64,000 nt of DNA, taken from contig JBKQSP010000116.1 of the NCBI GenBank assembly GCA_052143575.1, positions 205 to 64,204 on the forward strand, in the 5' to 3' direction. Under the pieces are notes generated by a model. The model saw only the letters and a program-made list of their open reading frames with translations, ran no database searches and had not been told where the DNA came from. Source of the DNA: Acidimicrobiales bacterium. Lineage in GTDB: Bacteria; Actinomycetota; Acidimicrobiia; Acidimicrobiales; Bog-793. The translations under genes and the position numbers were made by a program. Each line of letters starts with the position of its first letter. Positions within the stretch are counted from its first letter, which is position 1. Of the stretch, positions 9,434 through 19,061 are shown in pieces.

Positions 9434-10168
9434 ATGACCGAGCGCGCCCTCCAGCAGCTGTACGAGGCTCCGGGGACACCGCTCAGCTCGGGCATCGAGC
9501 GGGCCGAGCTGCAGGCGGCATCGCTCGCCGCTCTCGTGGCGGCGGCCGGGCGCCCGCTGCGGGGAGTCGACATCGGCTGCGGCGACGGGATGGCGACCTC
9601 CGTGGCACTCGCCGCCTGCGGCGCCCGCGGGCGGGGCTCGATCGGGATCGTCGGTTTCGACTGGTCGATGGCCGCCCTCGCGCAAGCCGCCCGTCGCGGC
9701 ATCCCAGTGGCGCGGGCCTCCACCGAGGTCCCCGGCCTGCCCTTGGCGCCCGACAGCGTCGACGTCGTGATCATGAGCGAGATCATCGAGCACCTCGTCG
9801 ACACCGACGCCGCCCTCGGGGAGGCTCACCGCGTCCTCGTGGCGGGCGGAACGCTCTTTGTCTCGACGCCGAACCTCGCTGCTTGGTACAACCGGGCCCT
9901 CTTGGCAGTGGGCGTGCAACCACTGTTCACCGAGGTGAGCTTGCGCGGCATCTACGGGCGGCCGGGGCGAGAGGTCGTCGGCCACTTGCGGATCTTCACC
10001 CGACGGGCTCTGCACGGGCTCCTCGAGGCCAACGGTTTCGTCGACATCACCATCGCGGGGGCGCCCTATCACGACGTCCCGCGGCCGTTCAAAGGCCTCG
10101 ACCGCCTGCTGTGCCGCACGCCCAGCCTGGCCTCGATCCTCCTCGCCTCTGCCCGCAAGCCGGACTGA
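9434..10168 (+). CDS. Class I SAM-dependent methyltransferase
   Basis: SAM-binding motif I 'VDIGCGDG'. Motif post-I/II region 'VDVVIMSEIIEHL' and 'GGTLFVSTPN'. Start is either GTG 9404 or ATG 9434. Confidence 0.8.
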   Translation: MTERALQQLYEAPGTPLSSGIERAELQAASLAALVAAAGRPLRGVDIGCGDGMATSVALAACGARGRGSIGIVGFDWSMAALAQAARRGIPVARASTEVPGLPLAPDSVDVVIMSEIIEHLVDTDAALGEAHRVLVAGGTLFVSTPNLAAWYNRALLAVGVQPLFTEVSLRGIYGRPGREVVGHLRIFTRRALHGLLEANGFVDITIAGAPYHDVPRPFKGLDRLLCRTPSLASILLASARKPD

Positions 10169-10184
10169 ACCGGCGGCCGAGTCA

Positions 10185-10201
10185 GGCCGAGACGCTCGGC
10201 C
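10185..10201. terminator. Hairpin in the convergent gap between the methyltransferase and yihY
   Basis: GGCCGAG-acg-CTCGGCC. A second hairpin, CCGGGG-tcac-CCCCGG at 10232-10247, spans the yihY stop. Confidence 0.3.
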
Positions 10202-10237
10202 GGAGGGTGCCTCGGCGCAACGACGCCGAACCCGGGG

Positions 10238-11224
10238 TCACCCCCGGGAGGGCGAGCCGGCACTCACGTCATCGTGCCTCGATGCCGGGGGGCGGCCCGC
10301 CTCGGGGGCGGAACGGAGGACCTCGCTCGAGATGTAGTCGAGCACGGCGGCGTCGGCCGCCGTCGGATTGCCGCTCACGAAGCTCCTGGGCCAAAGGCGA
10401 CGTGACAGGACCGGGTTGAGCTCAGCGCCGTACAGGCTGATCTTGGCCACCAGGAAAAGAAACCCAACGAGGCCGATGACGATCCCGAACTGGCCGTAGG
10501 TAGCCGAGCTGTTCCGCACCTGATGCTGGATGAGACCGGAGCCGACCGTGATGAGCAAGGTGTAGCCGACGGCACCGACGGCCGCACCCGGGAGGAGCGA
10601 CCGCGTCGCCACGGATCCGGGCGTGAGCGTGCGGAAACTGGCGAAGAAGAGCAGGGTGTTCACGACGAGCATGGCGGCGATGACGGCGACGCGCAGCGGC
10701 CATGACTCGCCGTGCCCGGTGGCAAAGCCCGCAACCGCGGCGTTGGCGAAGAAGGAGCCGCCGATGATGGCCAGGCCGAGGAGGCTGCGGGCAAGTCGGG
10801 GGAGCCAACCCGGCCGGTCGCCGCGAGGGACGTTCCAGGCCTGCGCCATGGCCTGCTGTGCCGACTGCATGACGCCCTGAGCGCCGTAGACGAGCCCGAG
10901 GAGCCCGACGACGAGGCCGAGGGTGCTGCCCTGCAGATCGTGGGAGGGGTGGGCGGGGTTGAAGTTGGAGCCGATGACGGGAAACTCGTGCAAGGTGGAG
11001 ACGATCGACGTGCCGAGAGATGCGACGCCAATGAAGCCGAGGATCGTCGTGACGACGAGGAGGAGCGGATAGATCGAGACGAAGCCGTACCAGCCGAGGG
11101 CGACGACGAACTGGCCGAGGCGGTCGTCGTTGAATTTCTTCTGCACGGCGAAGGCGCCGCCGACAAGGGGCGTCCGTCGCTGCCAGCGGTCGAATACGTC
11201 CAGCAGCCGATGCAGCAGCTTCAT
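10238..11224 (-). CDS. YihY/BrkB family membrane protein
   Basis: N-terminus 'FDRWQRRTPLVGGAFAVQKKFNDDRLGQFVVALGWYGFVSIYPLLLV' followed by about 6 TM helices, typical of the YihY family. Confidence 0.8.
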   Translation of the reverse strand: MKLLHRLLDVFDRWQRRTPLVGGAFAVQKKFNDDRLGQFVVALGWYGFVSIYPLLLVVTTILGFIGVASLGTSIVSTLHEFPVIGSNFNPAHPSHDLQGSTLGLVVGLLGLVYGAQGVMQSAQQAMAQAWNVPRGDRPGWLPRLARSLLGLAIIGGSFFANAAVAGFATGHGESWPLRVAVIAAMLVVNTLLFFASFRTLTPGSVATRSLLPGAAVGAVGYTLLITVGSGLIQHQVRNSSATYGQFGIVIGLVGFLFLVAKISLYGAELNPVLSRRLWPRSFVSGNPTAADAAVLDYISSEVLRSAPEAGRPPASRHDDVSAGSPSRG

Positions 11225-11261
11225 GTCGGTGCACCCTTCCCCGGCGTGCGGCGCTGGGCGC

Positions 11262-11465
11262 TCAGTCGGGCGCCGCCTCGGAGCCGCTCCGGGCGCGCCG
11301 GGCGAGCGAGAGCAGCGTGAGACCGATGAGAACGGCGATGACGCCGAAGAACGTCCATCGCGTCTCGCCGGTCATGAACGAGCCGTGTACGGAGCCGAGC
11401 CCCTGACCGATCCAGATGACGCCGGTGATGCAGAAGAGCACGCCGAGGATGCCGCGTAGCCACAT
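11262..11465 (-). CDS. Small two-TM membrane protein (67 aa), unknown function
   Basis: ATG 11465 inside ORF 11262..11627. 'MWLRGILGVLFCITGVIWIGQGLG...WTFFGVIAVLIGLTLLSLARR' gives two hydrophobic helices. It lies 37 bp upstream of yihY on the same strand. No homology recognised. Confidence 0.45.
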   Translation of the reverse strand: MWLRGILGVLFCITGVIWIGQGLGSVHGSFMTGETRWTFFGVIAVLIGLTLLSLARRARSGSEAAPD

Positions 11466-11583
11466 CAGCCGGCACCGGCGACGAGAGCGCCGGCAAGAGT
11501 CGTCGTATCCCGTCTGCGCGGCACCCTGCGGAGCGTAGTGCGACGGCGAGCGGGGTCGATAGCCGAGCGCGGCGCCTCCACGA

Positions 11584-13269
11584 GTGCTAAGGATTGCCGC
11601 CGTGAAGACCTGGCCGGCCCTTCCCACCCTGCAGGGGTATCAGGTGGCCTGGCTCGGGCCCGACGTGCTTGCCGGGCTGACGCTCGTCGCCATCGCCGTG
11701 CCCGAGCAGATGGCGACGGCTCGCCTTGCCGGCATGCCGGCGGTCGCCGGCCTCTACGCCTTCGTGGCCGGTTCGCTCGTCTTCGCCCTCATCGGGCGCT
11801 CCCGCCAGATGTCGGTGGGCGCCGACTCCACGATCGCTCCCATCATCGCGAGCGGTGTGGCAGCGGTCGTCGTGGTTGGAAGCCCCCAGTACACCCATGC
11901 CGTCTCGTTCCTGGCGCTCATGGTGGGCGTCCTCGTGCTCGTCGTCGGCCTCTTGCGCCTCGGGTGGATCTCCGAGCTCTTCTCGACGCCGGTCATCACC
12001 GGGGTGCTCGCCGGCATCGCCGTCGAGATCGTCGTGCGCCAGCTCCCGGCCATCCTCGGCGTAGCGGGCGGCGGCAGCAGCACGATCAGTCGCGTGCGCT
12101 ACGTCATCGACCAGCTCGGCCACACGAACGGCTGGTCCGTCGGCATCGCCGTCGTCGTCTTCGGCCTCATCGTGGTGGCCGAGCAGTTGGACCACCGCAT
12201 TCCGGGCGCCCTCATCGGGCTCGTCGCCTCCATCATAGTTGTCGCCGCAGTCGGCCTCATCGCCCACGGCGTGCAGGTCGTCGGCTCGGTTCACGGCGGG
12301 CTGCCCTCCTTCGCCCTCCCGTCGATCACCCTGGCCGGCGCACGTCACCTCCTGGTGCCCGCCTTCACGATCGCCTTCATCGTGATCGCCCAAACCGCCG
12401 CCACGGTGCGCTCCTCGAGCGCCGGGGCGCCTGCGACGCAGGACTTCAACGTCGATCTCGTTGCAATCGGCGCGGGCAGTGTGGTTGCCGGCGTAAGCGG
12501 CTCTTTCGCCGTCAACTCGAGCCCGCCGCGGACGGCCATCGTGACGGCCTCGGGCGGCCGGTCGCAGGTGACGAGCATCGTGGCGGCCGCCGTCGTGCTC
12601 GGTGTCGTATTGCTGGCGACCGGCCTGCTGAAGGACCTGCCGAAGGCGACCCTCGGCGCCATCCTCGTGTTCGTTGCCACCCGGCTGTTTCGCGTCTCGG
12701 TCCTGCGCCACATCCTGGCGTTCTCCCGCTGGGAGTTCGGCGTCGCCCTCTTCACGGGCTTGATGGTGGCCCTCGTCGGCATCGAGCAGGGCGTCGTCGT
12801 CGCCATGGTGCTGTCGCTCGCCGATCGCACGCGGCGAGCGGCCCGGCCGGCCGACTCCGTGCTCGGGCGAGAAGTCGGCACCGATCACTGGATCCCGACC
12901 GACATCGGCCTCGTCACCGAACAGGTGCCCGGTGTTGTCGTCTACCTCATCTACGGTCCCATCTGGTACGGCAACGCCGACTACTTGCGCTTGCGGATCC
13001 CGACCCTTATCAAGGAGACGGCCGGGGCCGTACACGGGCTCGTGCTCGATGCCAACGGCATGTCGGACATCGACTACACGGGCGCCCAGGCCCTCGGCGC
13101 CCTCGTGGCAGAGCTGAAGAGCGCCGGCGTGACGACGATCATCGCCCGCTCCTCGCACCTTGTCCACCACGACCTCAAGCGCGGGGGACTCCTGGCCATC
13201 TTCGGATCGAAAGGGCTCTGCGGCTCGGTCGAAGAGGCCGTCGAGGCGCTCACGCAGAGCCCAGCGTGA
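11584..13269 (+). CDS. SulP family inorganic anion transporter with C-terminal STAS domain
   Basis: 'LAGLTLVAIAVPEQMATARLAGMPAVAGLYA' SulP signature region and multiple TM segments. STAS tail 'VVVYLIYGPIWYGNADYL...LDANGMSDIDYTGAQAL'. Confidence 0.9.
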   Translation: MLRIAAVKTWPALPTLQGYQVAWLGPDVLAGLTLVAIAVPEQMATARLAGMPAVAGLYAFVAGSLVFALIGRSRQMSVGADSTIAPIIASGVAAVVVVGSPQYTHAVSFLALMVGVLVLVVGLLRLGWISELFSTPVITGVLAGIAVEIVVRQLPAILGVAGGGSSTISRVRYVIDQLGHTNGWSVGIAVVVFGLIVVAEQLDHRIPGALIGLVASIIVVAAVGLIAHGVQVVGSVHGGLPSFALPSITLAGARHLLVPAFTIAFIVIAQTAATVRSSSAGAPATQDFNVDLVAIGAGSVVAGVSGSFAVNSSPPRTAIVTASGGRSQVTSIVAAAVVLGVVLLATGLLKDLPKATLGAILVFVATRLFRVSVLRHILAFSRWEFGVALFTGLMVALVGIEQGVVVAMVLSLADRTRRAARPADSVLGREVGTDHWIPTDIGLVTEQVPGVVVYLIYGPIWYGNADYLRLRIPTLIKETAGAVHGLVLDANGMSDIDYTGAQALGALVAELKSAGVTTIIARSSHLVHHDLKRGGLLAIFGSKGLCGSVEEAVEALTQSPA

Positions 13270-14621
13270 TCGATCGCTCCCACCTCGGCCAGCTGCTGGC
13301 GCGGGAGCGGGACTCGTACCGGAGGCTGCACCCGCGTTCGCTGCAGGCGAGCCAGGCCGACACGAAGCTGCTCGGCGGCGTGCCCATGACGTGGATGGCG
13401 AAGTGGCACGGCGGTTTCCCGCTCGTGCTGGCGGGCGCTCGAGGGGCGTCTGTGACCGACGTCGACGGTCACGAGTATGCGGACTTCTGTCTCGGCGACA
13501 CCGGTGCCATGGCCGGCCATTCGCCGCCGGCGACCACGGCCGCCATCAAACACCGGGTGGAGGAGCTCGGCGGGCTCACCACGATGCTGCCTTCCGAGGA
13601 CGGCGCCGCCGTCGGGTCCATGCTGGCAGACCGCTTCGGCGTTGCGGCCTGGAGCTTCACGCTCACGGCGACCGACGCCAACCGCTGGGCGATTCGCATC
13701 GCCCGTCACGTCACGCAGCGGGGAAAGATCCTCGTCTTCAACCACTGCTACCACGGCAGCGTCGACGAGACGATCGCGACCCTCGAGGGCGGGCGGGTGC
13801 GGGCGGCTGCCGGCAGTGTCGGGCCGCCCGTCGACCCGGCACTCACGACCCGGGTCGTCGAGTTCAACGACCTCGAAGCGCTCGAGCGCGAGCTCGCCGC
13901 TCTCGATGTAGCGGCTGTCTTGGCCGAGCCGGCACTGACGAACATCGGCATCGTGCTGCCCGAGGCCGGATTTCACGACGAATTGCGCCGTGTCACTCGC
14001 CGGGCAGGCTCCCTCCTCATCATCGACGAGACCCACACGTTGTCCGCCGGCCCGGGGGGCTGCACGCAGGCATGGGGTCTCGAGCCGGACATCGTGACCG
14101 TCGGCAAGGCCATCGGCGGCGGGATCCCAGCGGGTGCCTACGGGCTCTCCGAAGACCTCGCCCGCCGGCTGCTGGCTTCTCCGGATGCCGATTTGATCGA
14201 CGTGGGCGGCGTGGGCGGCACCCTGGCGGGCAACGCTCTGTCCACTGCTGCCATGCGGGCGACCCTCGAGCACGTGCTGACGCCGGCCGCCTTCGAGCAG
14301 ATGATCGCCCTCTGCAATCGTTATGAAACGACGGCACGCCGGATCCTCATCGAGACGGGGCTTCCCTGGTCGATCACGCGCCTCGGGGCGCGAGCGGAGT
14401 TCCGCTTCTGCCCACAGGCGCCGCGAAACGGCGCCGAGTCGGCCGCCGCTGCCGACGATGACCTCGACGAGTACCTGCACCTCTACCTCGCCAACCGCGA
14501 TGTCCTGCTGACCCCGTTCCACAACATGGCACTCGTGTGCCCCGCCACGACCGACGACGACGTCGACCGCCTGTTGGGCGCCTTCTCGGAGGCGGCGCAG
14601 GAGTTGCAGACGGCTTCGTGA
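13266..14621 (+). CDS. Class-III (GSA-aminomutase-like) PLP-dependent aminotransferase
   Basis: GTG 13266 overlaps the SulP stop (GTGA). 'VTDVDGHEYADFCLGDTGAMAGHSPP', 'LIIDETHT', PLP-Lys context 'VTVGKAIGGGIPAGAYG'. The first 576 codons of ORF 11538..14621 are not part of it. Confidence 0.8.
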   Translation: MIDRSHLGQLLARERDSYRRLHPRSLQASQADTKLLGGVPMTWMAKWHGGFPLVLAGARGASVTDVDGHEYADFCLGDTGAMAGHSPPATTAAIKHRVEELGGLTTMLPSEDGAAVGSMLADRFGVAAWSFTLTATDANRWAIRIARHVTQRGKILVFNHCYHGSVDETIATLEGGRVRAAAGSVGPPVDPALTTRVVEFNDLEALERELAALDVAAVLAEPALTNIGIVLPEAGFHDELRRVTRRAGSLLIIDETHTLSAGPGGCTQAWGLEPDIVTVGKAIGGGIPAGAYGLSEDLARRLLASPDADLIDVGGVGGTLAGNALSTAAMRATLEHVLTPAAFEQMIALCNRYETTARRILIETGLPWSITRLGARAEFRFCPQAPRNGAESAAAADDDLDEYLHLYLANRDVLLTPFHNMALVCPATTDDDVDRLLGAFSEAAQELQTAS

Positions 14622-14693
14622 CGCCGTCGGGGCGGCGGCGGGCCGGGACTGGCGGATTACGCCCCGGCGCGTGAGACGCGGGAGGCTGGAGCC

Positions 14694-15605
14694 GTGGCGG
14701 GACCCCTCATCGCGAGCCTCGGGCTTCACCATCACCTCGGACGAGGTCTCATCGTCCTGCTCTCGTTGGCGAGCGCCGCCTCGTACGGCTTTGCAGCCGT
14801 GCTGCAGCACCACGAGGCCGTCCGGCAGTCCCCGGCGGGGCGGCCCGGTGGCCTCCTTGGTCGCCTCATCCGGCGACCGATCTGGTTGCTCGGCAGCGCG
14901 CTCGACGGCGTCGGCTACGCCTTTCAGTTCCTGGCGCTGCGACGCGGCTCGTTGGCCCTCGTCGAACCGATCCTCGTCCTCAGCCTCGTTTTCGCCCTGC
15001 CGGTGGCGGCTCACCTGGAGCATCGACGTGTGTCGGCGCACGAGGTGGTCGCCGCCGCGGTCACCGTCGCCGGCCTCGCACTGTTCCAGGGGATCGCTCG
15101 CCCGGCCCTCGGCCACCCGACGGCGCCGCTGGACGATTGGATCGCCCTCAGCGCCGCCATCGCCCTCGCCTGCGGCATCCTGGCGCTCCTCGCCCGCGGC
15201 GGCACGCCGAAGCGAGCCGCCCTGCTCTACGCGGCGGGCTCCGGAACGGCTTTCGGGTACGTGGCTGCCGTGACGGAGCGCACCGGTCACATCCTCGACG
15301 CCGGCGTCCTCCACGTGCTGGTCACCTGGCCGCCCTACGCGCTCGTGGTCGCCGCCGTCGTGGCGCTCTCGCTCACGCAGCGAGCCTTCAACGCCGGCGT
15401 TCTCCGTCTCTCGCTGCCGACCCTGACGATCGCCCAGCCACTTGTTGCCCTTGTGATCGGGATCGGCTTCTTCGGCGAGCACGTGCACGCCCGCGGGCCG
15501 GCGCCGGTCGTCGAGGCGCTCGGTCTCGCCCTCATGACAGTCGGCGTCTACAGCCTCACGCGCTCGCCCGTGCTGACGGCGGCGCCGGAGGAACCCGACC
15601 GCTGA
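14694..15605 (+). CDS. DMT/EamA-like integral membrane protein
   Basis: GGGAGG 8 nt upstream of GTG 14694. About 9-10 hydrophobic helices, with 'YAFQFLALRRGSLALVEPIL' resembling the EamA repeat. Family call is tentative. Confidence 0.5.
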   Translation: MAGPLIASLGLHHHLGRGLIVLLSLASAASYGFAAVLQHHEAVRQSPAGRPGGLLGRLIRRPIWLLGSALDGVGYAFQFLALRRGSLALVEPILVLSLVFALPVAAHLEHRRVSAHEVVAAAVTVAGLALFQGIARPALGHPTAPLDDWIALSAAIALACGILALLARGGTPKRAALLYAAGSGTAFGYVAAVTERTGHILDAGVLHVLVTWPPYALVVAAVVALSLTQRAFNAGVLRLSLPTLTIAQPLVALVIGIGFFGEHVHARGPAPVVEALGLALMTVGVYSLTRSPVLTAAPEEPDR

Positions 15606-15671
15606 GGGCGCCGGGGTTCTCGTTCACGCCTCCGGCGAGCCCTTCGCCGGGAGGCGTGACAGTGTGGTCCT

Positions 15672-16577
15672 ATGACAACACCCTTGCGCTTTGGGCTCGT
15701 CGGCACTGGGTTCTGGGCGAGCTCGGTGCACGCACAGGCCCTCTCCTCGGCCGACGGGATCGATCTCGTCGGCGTCTGGGGCCGCGACCACGGGGCGGCG
15801 CAGGCCGTGGCTGCCCGTCACGGTGCGATCGGCTTCACCGACGCCGACGAGATGTTCGGCGCCGTCGATGCCGTCGCGTTCGCCGTGCCGCCGAGCGTGC
15901 AGTGCTCGATGGCTTTGCGGGCGGCGCAGGCAGGCAAGCACGTCCTGCTTGAGAAACCCATCGCCACCTCCCTCCCCGAGGCCGACGCCCTCGTACGAGC
16001 CGTCGACGACGCCGGCGTCGCCTCTGTCGTCTTCTTCACGGCGCGGTACAGGCCCGAGATGAGGGCGTGGTTGCGAGACGTGAGCGCTCGGGGCGGCTGG
16101 GCGGGCGGCAGCAGCATCTGGCTGGGGTCGGTGCTCTCGTCGGCTCTCTCGGACAGCAACCCCTTCAACACGCCGTGGCGCCGCCAAAAGGGTGGCCTCT
16201 GGGACCTCGGGCCGCACGTCGTCTCGCTCCTGTGGGCGGCACTCGGACCCGTCGTCGGTGTGCGCGCCGACGCCGGCGCCGGCGACCTCACCCATCTCGT
16301 CCTCCACCACGCCGGCGGGGCGACGAGCACGGCGACCGTCACCTTGTCGGCGAGCGAGGCGGCCGAAGGCTCCACGACGTTCATCTGGGGTGAAGCCGGG
16401 CGCTCCGAGGCACCCGCGGAGGCGACCGGGTCGGTGCAATCCCTCCGCGTGGCCCTCGGCGAGCTGGCCGAGTGTGCCCGCTCCGGTCGAGTGGAGCACG
16501 AGTGCGACGTGCGTTTCGGACGGGACGTCGTACGGGTCCTGGCGGCGGCCGAGGACGAGATCGCCCGCCGGCGCTGA
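15672..16577 (+). CDS. Gfo/Idh/MocA family NAD(P)-dependent oxidoreductase
   Basis: Rossmann N-terminus 'LRFGLVGTGFWASSVHAQAL' and the 'GKHVLLEKPIA' family motif. Confidence 0.85.
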   Translation: MTTPLRFGLVGTGFWASSVHAQALSSADGIDLVGVWGRDHGAAQAVAARHGAIGFTDADEMFGAVDAVAFAVPPSVQCSMALRAAQAGKHVLLEKPIATSLPEADALVRAVDDAGVASVVFFTARYRPEMRAWLRDVSARGGWAGGSSIWLGSVLSSALSDSNPFNTPWRRQKGGLWDLGPHVVSLLWAALGPVVGVRADAGAGDLTHLVLHHAGGATSTATVTLSASEAAEGSTTFIWGEAGRSEAPAEATGSVQSLRVALGELAECARSGRVEHECDVRFGRDVVRVLAAAEDEIARRR

Positions 16578-16673
16578 TCTGAGGTCAACACCCGGCGTCA
16601 CGTCTCCGGCTCGGCACCGATGCGGCCCGCAGGAGGGCTTCGCCGGCGAGTCGAAGTTGCGCCCGCCGACACC

Positions 16674-16679
16674 TACGAT
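16674..16679 (+). promoter_or_regulatory. -10-like hexamer TACGAT 7 nt upstream of the VOC gene ATG 16687
   Basis: TANNNT, then 'cggccgc', then ATG. No SD is present. Confidence 0.25.
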
Positions 16680-16686
16680 CGGCCGC

Positions 16687-17046
16687 ATGATCACAAGCAC
16701 TCACGCCATCATCTACGCGGAGGACGCAGAGGAGACGAGGGCGTTCTTTCGAGACGTCCTCGAACTCCCCAACGTCGACGTCGGCGGTGGTTGGCTGATC
16801 TTCAAGCTGCCACCTGCCGAGCTCGGGATCCACCCCTCCGGCGAGGGCGCCGGCAGCGGGAGCCACGAGCTCTTCCTTATGTGCGACGACGTCGAAGCGA
16901 CAATGGCGGATCTCAGCGCGAAAGGCGTCGAGTTCACCTCGCCGATCGAGGATGCCGGATTCGGGCGCATCACGCACCTGCGCATCCCCGGGGGAGGCAC
17001 GATGGGGATGTACCAGCCGAAGCACGCTGCGGGTTACGACCTCTAG
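16687..17046 (+). CDS. VOC (glyoxalase/bleomycin-resistance fold) family protein
   Basis: ATG 16687 within ORF 16192..17046. 'HAIIYAEDAEETRAFFRDVLELP...GIHP...HELFLMCDDVEATMADLSAKGVEF' is typical of a single VOC domain. Confidence 0.75.
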   Translation: MITSTHAIIYAEDAEETRAFFRDVLELPNVDVGGGWLIFKLPPAELGIHPSGEGAGSGSHELFLMCDDVEATMADLSAKGVEFTSPIEDAGFGRITHLRIPGGGTMGMYQPKHAAGYDL

Positions 17047-17093
17047 ACCGCCGGCCGTCCATCATCAGCCTGGCGGGCAGGGAGGATAACGAG

Positions 17094-17456
<363 letters not shown>

Positions 17457-17470
17457 AGCGACCGGACGGA

Positions 17471-18580
17471 TCAGTGGGCGCCGACTTCGTGGCTCGTGTG
17501 GCCGGGTGGCTCCAGCTGAAACGTCGAATGCTCCACGTCGAAGTGACCGGCGAGGCAAGCCTGCAGCTCGTCGAGTATCTGAGGAGCGTGCCCGTCAACG
17601 AAACACTGCTCGCTCACCACGACGTGGGCCGACAACGCCGGCAGGTCGGATGTGACGACCCAGGCGTGCAGATCGTGGATGTCGCGAACGTGTGGTGCCT
17701 GCAGAAGGTGGATGCGCACATCGGTCAAGTCGACTGCGGCCGGAGCCGCCTCGAGGAGCACCCGGCCTGAGTCGCGCAGCAGTTGACGGGCGGCTCGCAG
17801 CATGAGGGCGACGATGCCGAGCGCCGCGATGGCGTCAGCGCGTTCGAAGCCAGACACGACGATCACCACGCCGGCGGCCGCGGTTCCGAGGAAGGCCCAG
17901 AGATCCGTCATGAGGTGGGCAAAGGCGCCGGCGATGTTGAGGCTCGACCGGTTCGCCCTCGCCAGCACGAAGGTGGCGGCGAGGTTCACGATGACGCCGA
18001 CGCCGGCCACGACGACGAGGACCGCTCCCCGGACCGGAGAGGGGTGCAAGAGCCGTTCGACGGCCTCGAGGAGGATGAGGGCGGCCGTGAGGAGGAGGGC
18101 CACCCCGTTGAGGGCGGCAGACACGATCTCCGCCCGCTTGAACCCGTACGTCCAGACGTCTGTCGTCGGCCGCTCGGCGAGCCGGCTCGCCCAAATCGCC
18201 ATGGCGATGGCACCTGCGTCCGTCAACATGTGACCGGCGTCGGCGAGGAGCGCCAGCGACCCGGAGAGGATGGCCGTGATGACTTCCGCTGCCATGAAGG
18301 CAACGATGAGGCCGAAGGCAAGGGCGAGGTAGCGTCGGTCGGCACCTCGGGAAACCGGGTGGGAATGGCTGTGGCGGGGGAGTAGCCACGAAGGGCGCCC
18401 GCCCGCGACGCCGTGGCCGAGTTGCCGGCCGGTCGGGGGGTCCGGGTCGTGGCCGCCATGCGCGACATGCGGGTGGCCCACGTGCGCCGTGCCACCGGCG
18501 CCGGTGGCTCCGCTGCGTGGCCGTTCGGCGCCGTCAGTCGGGGCGCCGGCCGTGCTCTCGTCGTGTGGCGGGGCGCTCAC
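17471..18580 (-). CDS. Cation diffusion facilitator (CzcD/ZitB-type) metal efflux transporter with His-rich N-terminus
   Basis: 'LADAGHMLTDAGAIAMAIWA' and 'AFAHLMTDLWAFLG' metal-site helices. N-terminus contains 'HVGHPHVAHGGHD...HSHSH'. GTG 18580 overlaps the ArsR stop (GTGA). Confidence 0.9.
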   Translation of the reverse strand: MSAPPHDESTAGAPTDGAERPRSGATGAGGTAHVGHPHVAHGGHDPDPPTGRQLGHGVAGGRPSWLLPRHSHSHPVSRGADRRYLALAFGLIVAFMAAEVITAILSGSLALLADAGHMLTDAGAIAMAIWASRLAERPTTDVWTYGFKRAEIVSAALNGVALLLTAALILLEAVERLLHPSPVRGAVLVVVAGVGVIVNLAATFVLARANRSSLNIAGAFAHLMTDLWAFLGTAAAGVVIVVSGFERADAIAALGIVALMLRAARQLLRDSGRVLLEAAPAAVDLTDVRIHLLQAPHVRDIHDLHAWVVTSDLPALSAHVVVSEQCFVDGHAPQILDELQACLAGHFDVEHSTFQLEPPGHTSHEVGAH

Positions 18581-18951
18581 GCCTGCGTCGCTCCGGAGGG
18601 CTTCGCCGCCCTCGAGCCTTGATGGCCGGCGTGCTCGAGCGCCTCGCTGAGGAGGCGAGTGACGTGCTCGTCATTGGCCGAGTAGTAGGCGAACGTTCCT
18701 TCCCGGCGCACCCGAACGAGCTTGGCGAGGCGAAGCTTGGCAAGGTGCTGGGACACCGCTGTCGGTGCTGCGCCGACGAGAACCGCCAGGTGGGCGACCG
18801 ATGACTCGCCGTGCAGGAGCGCCCAGAGGATCTTGATCCGCGTGGCGTCGGCCAACATGCGAAATCCATCGGTGGCGAACTCGACCTGCTCGTCGGTCGG
18901 CATCTCGAACCCGCCGGCCCCTGCGCCCTGGGCCTGCGAATATGCGTGCAT
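18577..18951 (-). CDS. ArsR/SmtB family metalloregulator
   Basis: 'FRMLADATRIKILWALLHGESSVAHLAVLVGAAPTAVSQHLAKLRLAKLVRVRREGTFAYY' is a winged HTH of the ArsR family. It is translationally coupled to the CDF gene. Confidence 0.9.
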   Translation of the reverse strand: MHAYSQAQGAGAGGFEMPTDEQVEFATDGFRMLADATRIKILWALLHGESSVAHLAVLVGAAPTAVSQHLAKLRLAKLVRVRREGTFAYYSANDEHVTRLLSEALEHAGHQGSRAAKPSGATQA

Positions 18952-18959
18952 ACGCAGAT
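18940..18959 (-). promoter_or_regulatory. Imperfect 8-4-8 inverted repeat overlapping the arsR start codon (candidate ArsR operator)
   Basis: Plus strand reads ATaTGCGT-gcat-ACGCAgAT. A TATCGT -10-like hexamer (minus strand, 18965..18960) lies 8 nt upstream of ATG 18951. ArsR/SmtB repressors typically bind imperfect dyads at their own promoters. Confidence 0.3.
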
Positions 18960-19061
18960 ACGATAGCAGGGCGCCTCAGTCGTCACGAACGTCATCATGA
19001 CAGCAGGCTCGAAACAACATCTCATCGCTCCGACCTCTGAGCAGCCTGCGGCTGAAGCCCT

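Noticed and set aside
11538-13265. The first 576 codons of ORF 11538..14621.
   Set aside because: This part is out of frame with the well-supported SulP gene and is Arg/His/Pro-rich. The aminotransferase homology starts only after GTG 13266.
13074-15488. An 804-aa minus-strand ORF. Similar long shadow ORFs were seen at 11587..13170, 33792..35459, 37331..39184, 6827..8185, 7002..8636, 39251..41503, 45834..47258 and 50607..52031.
   Set aside because: All overlap genes with strong family signatures on the other strand or frame. All have Arg/Pro/Gly-dominated low-complexity translations. They are artefacts of GC3 bias rather than genes.
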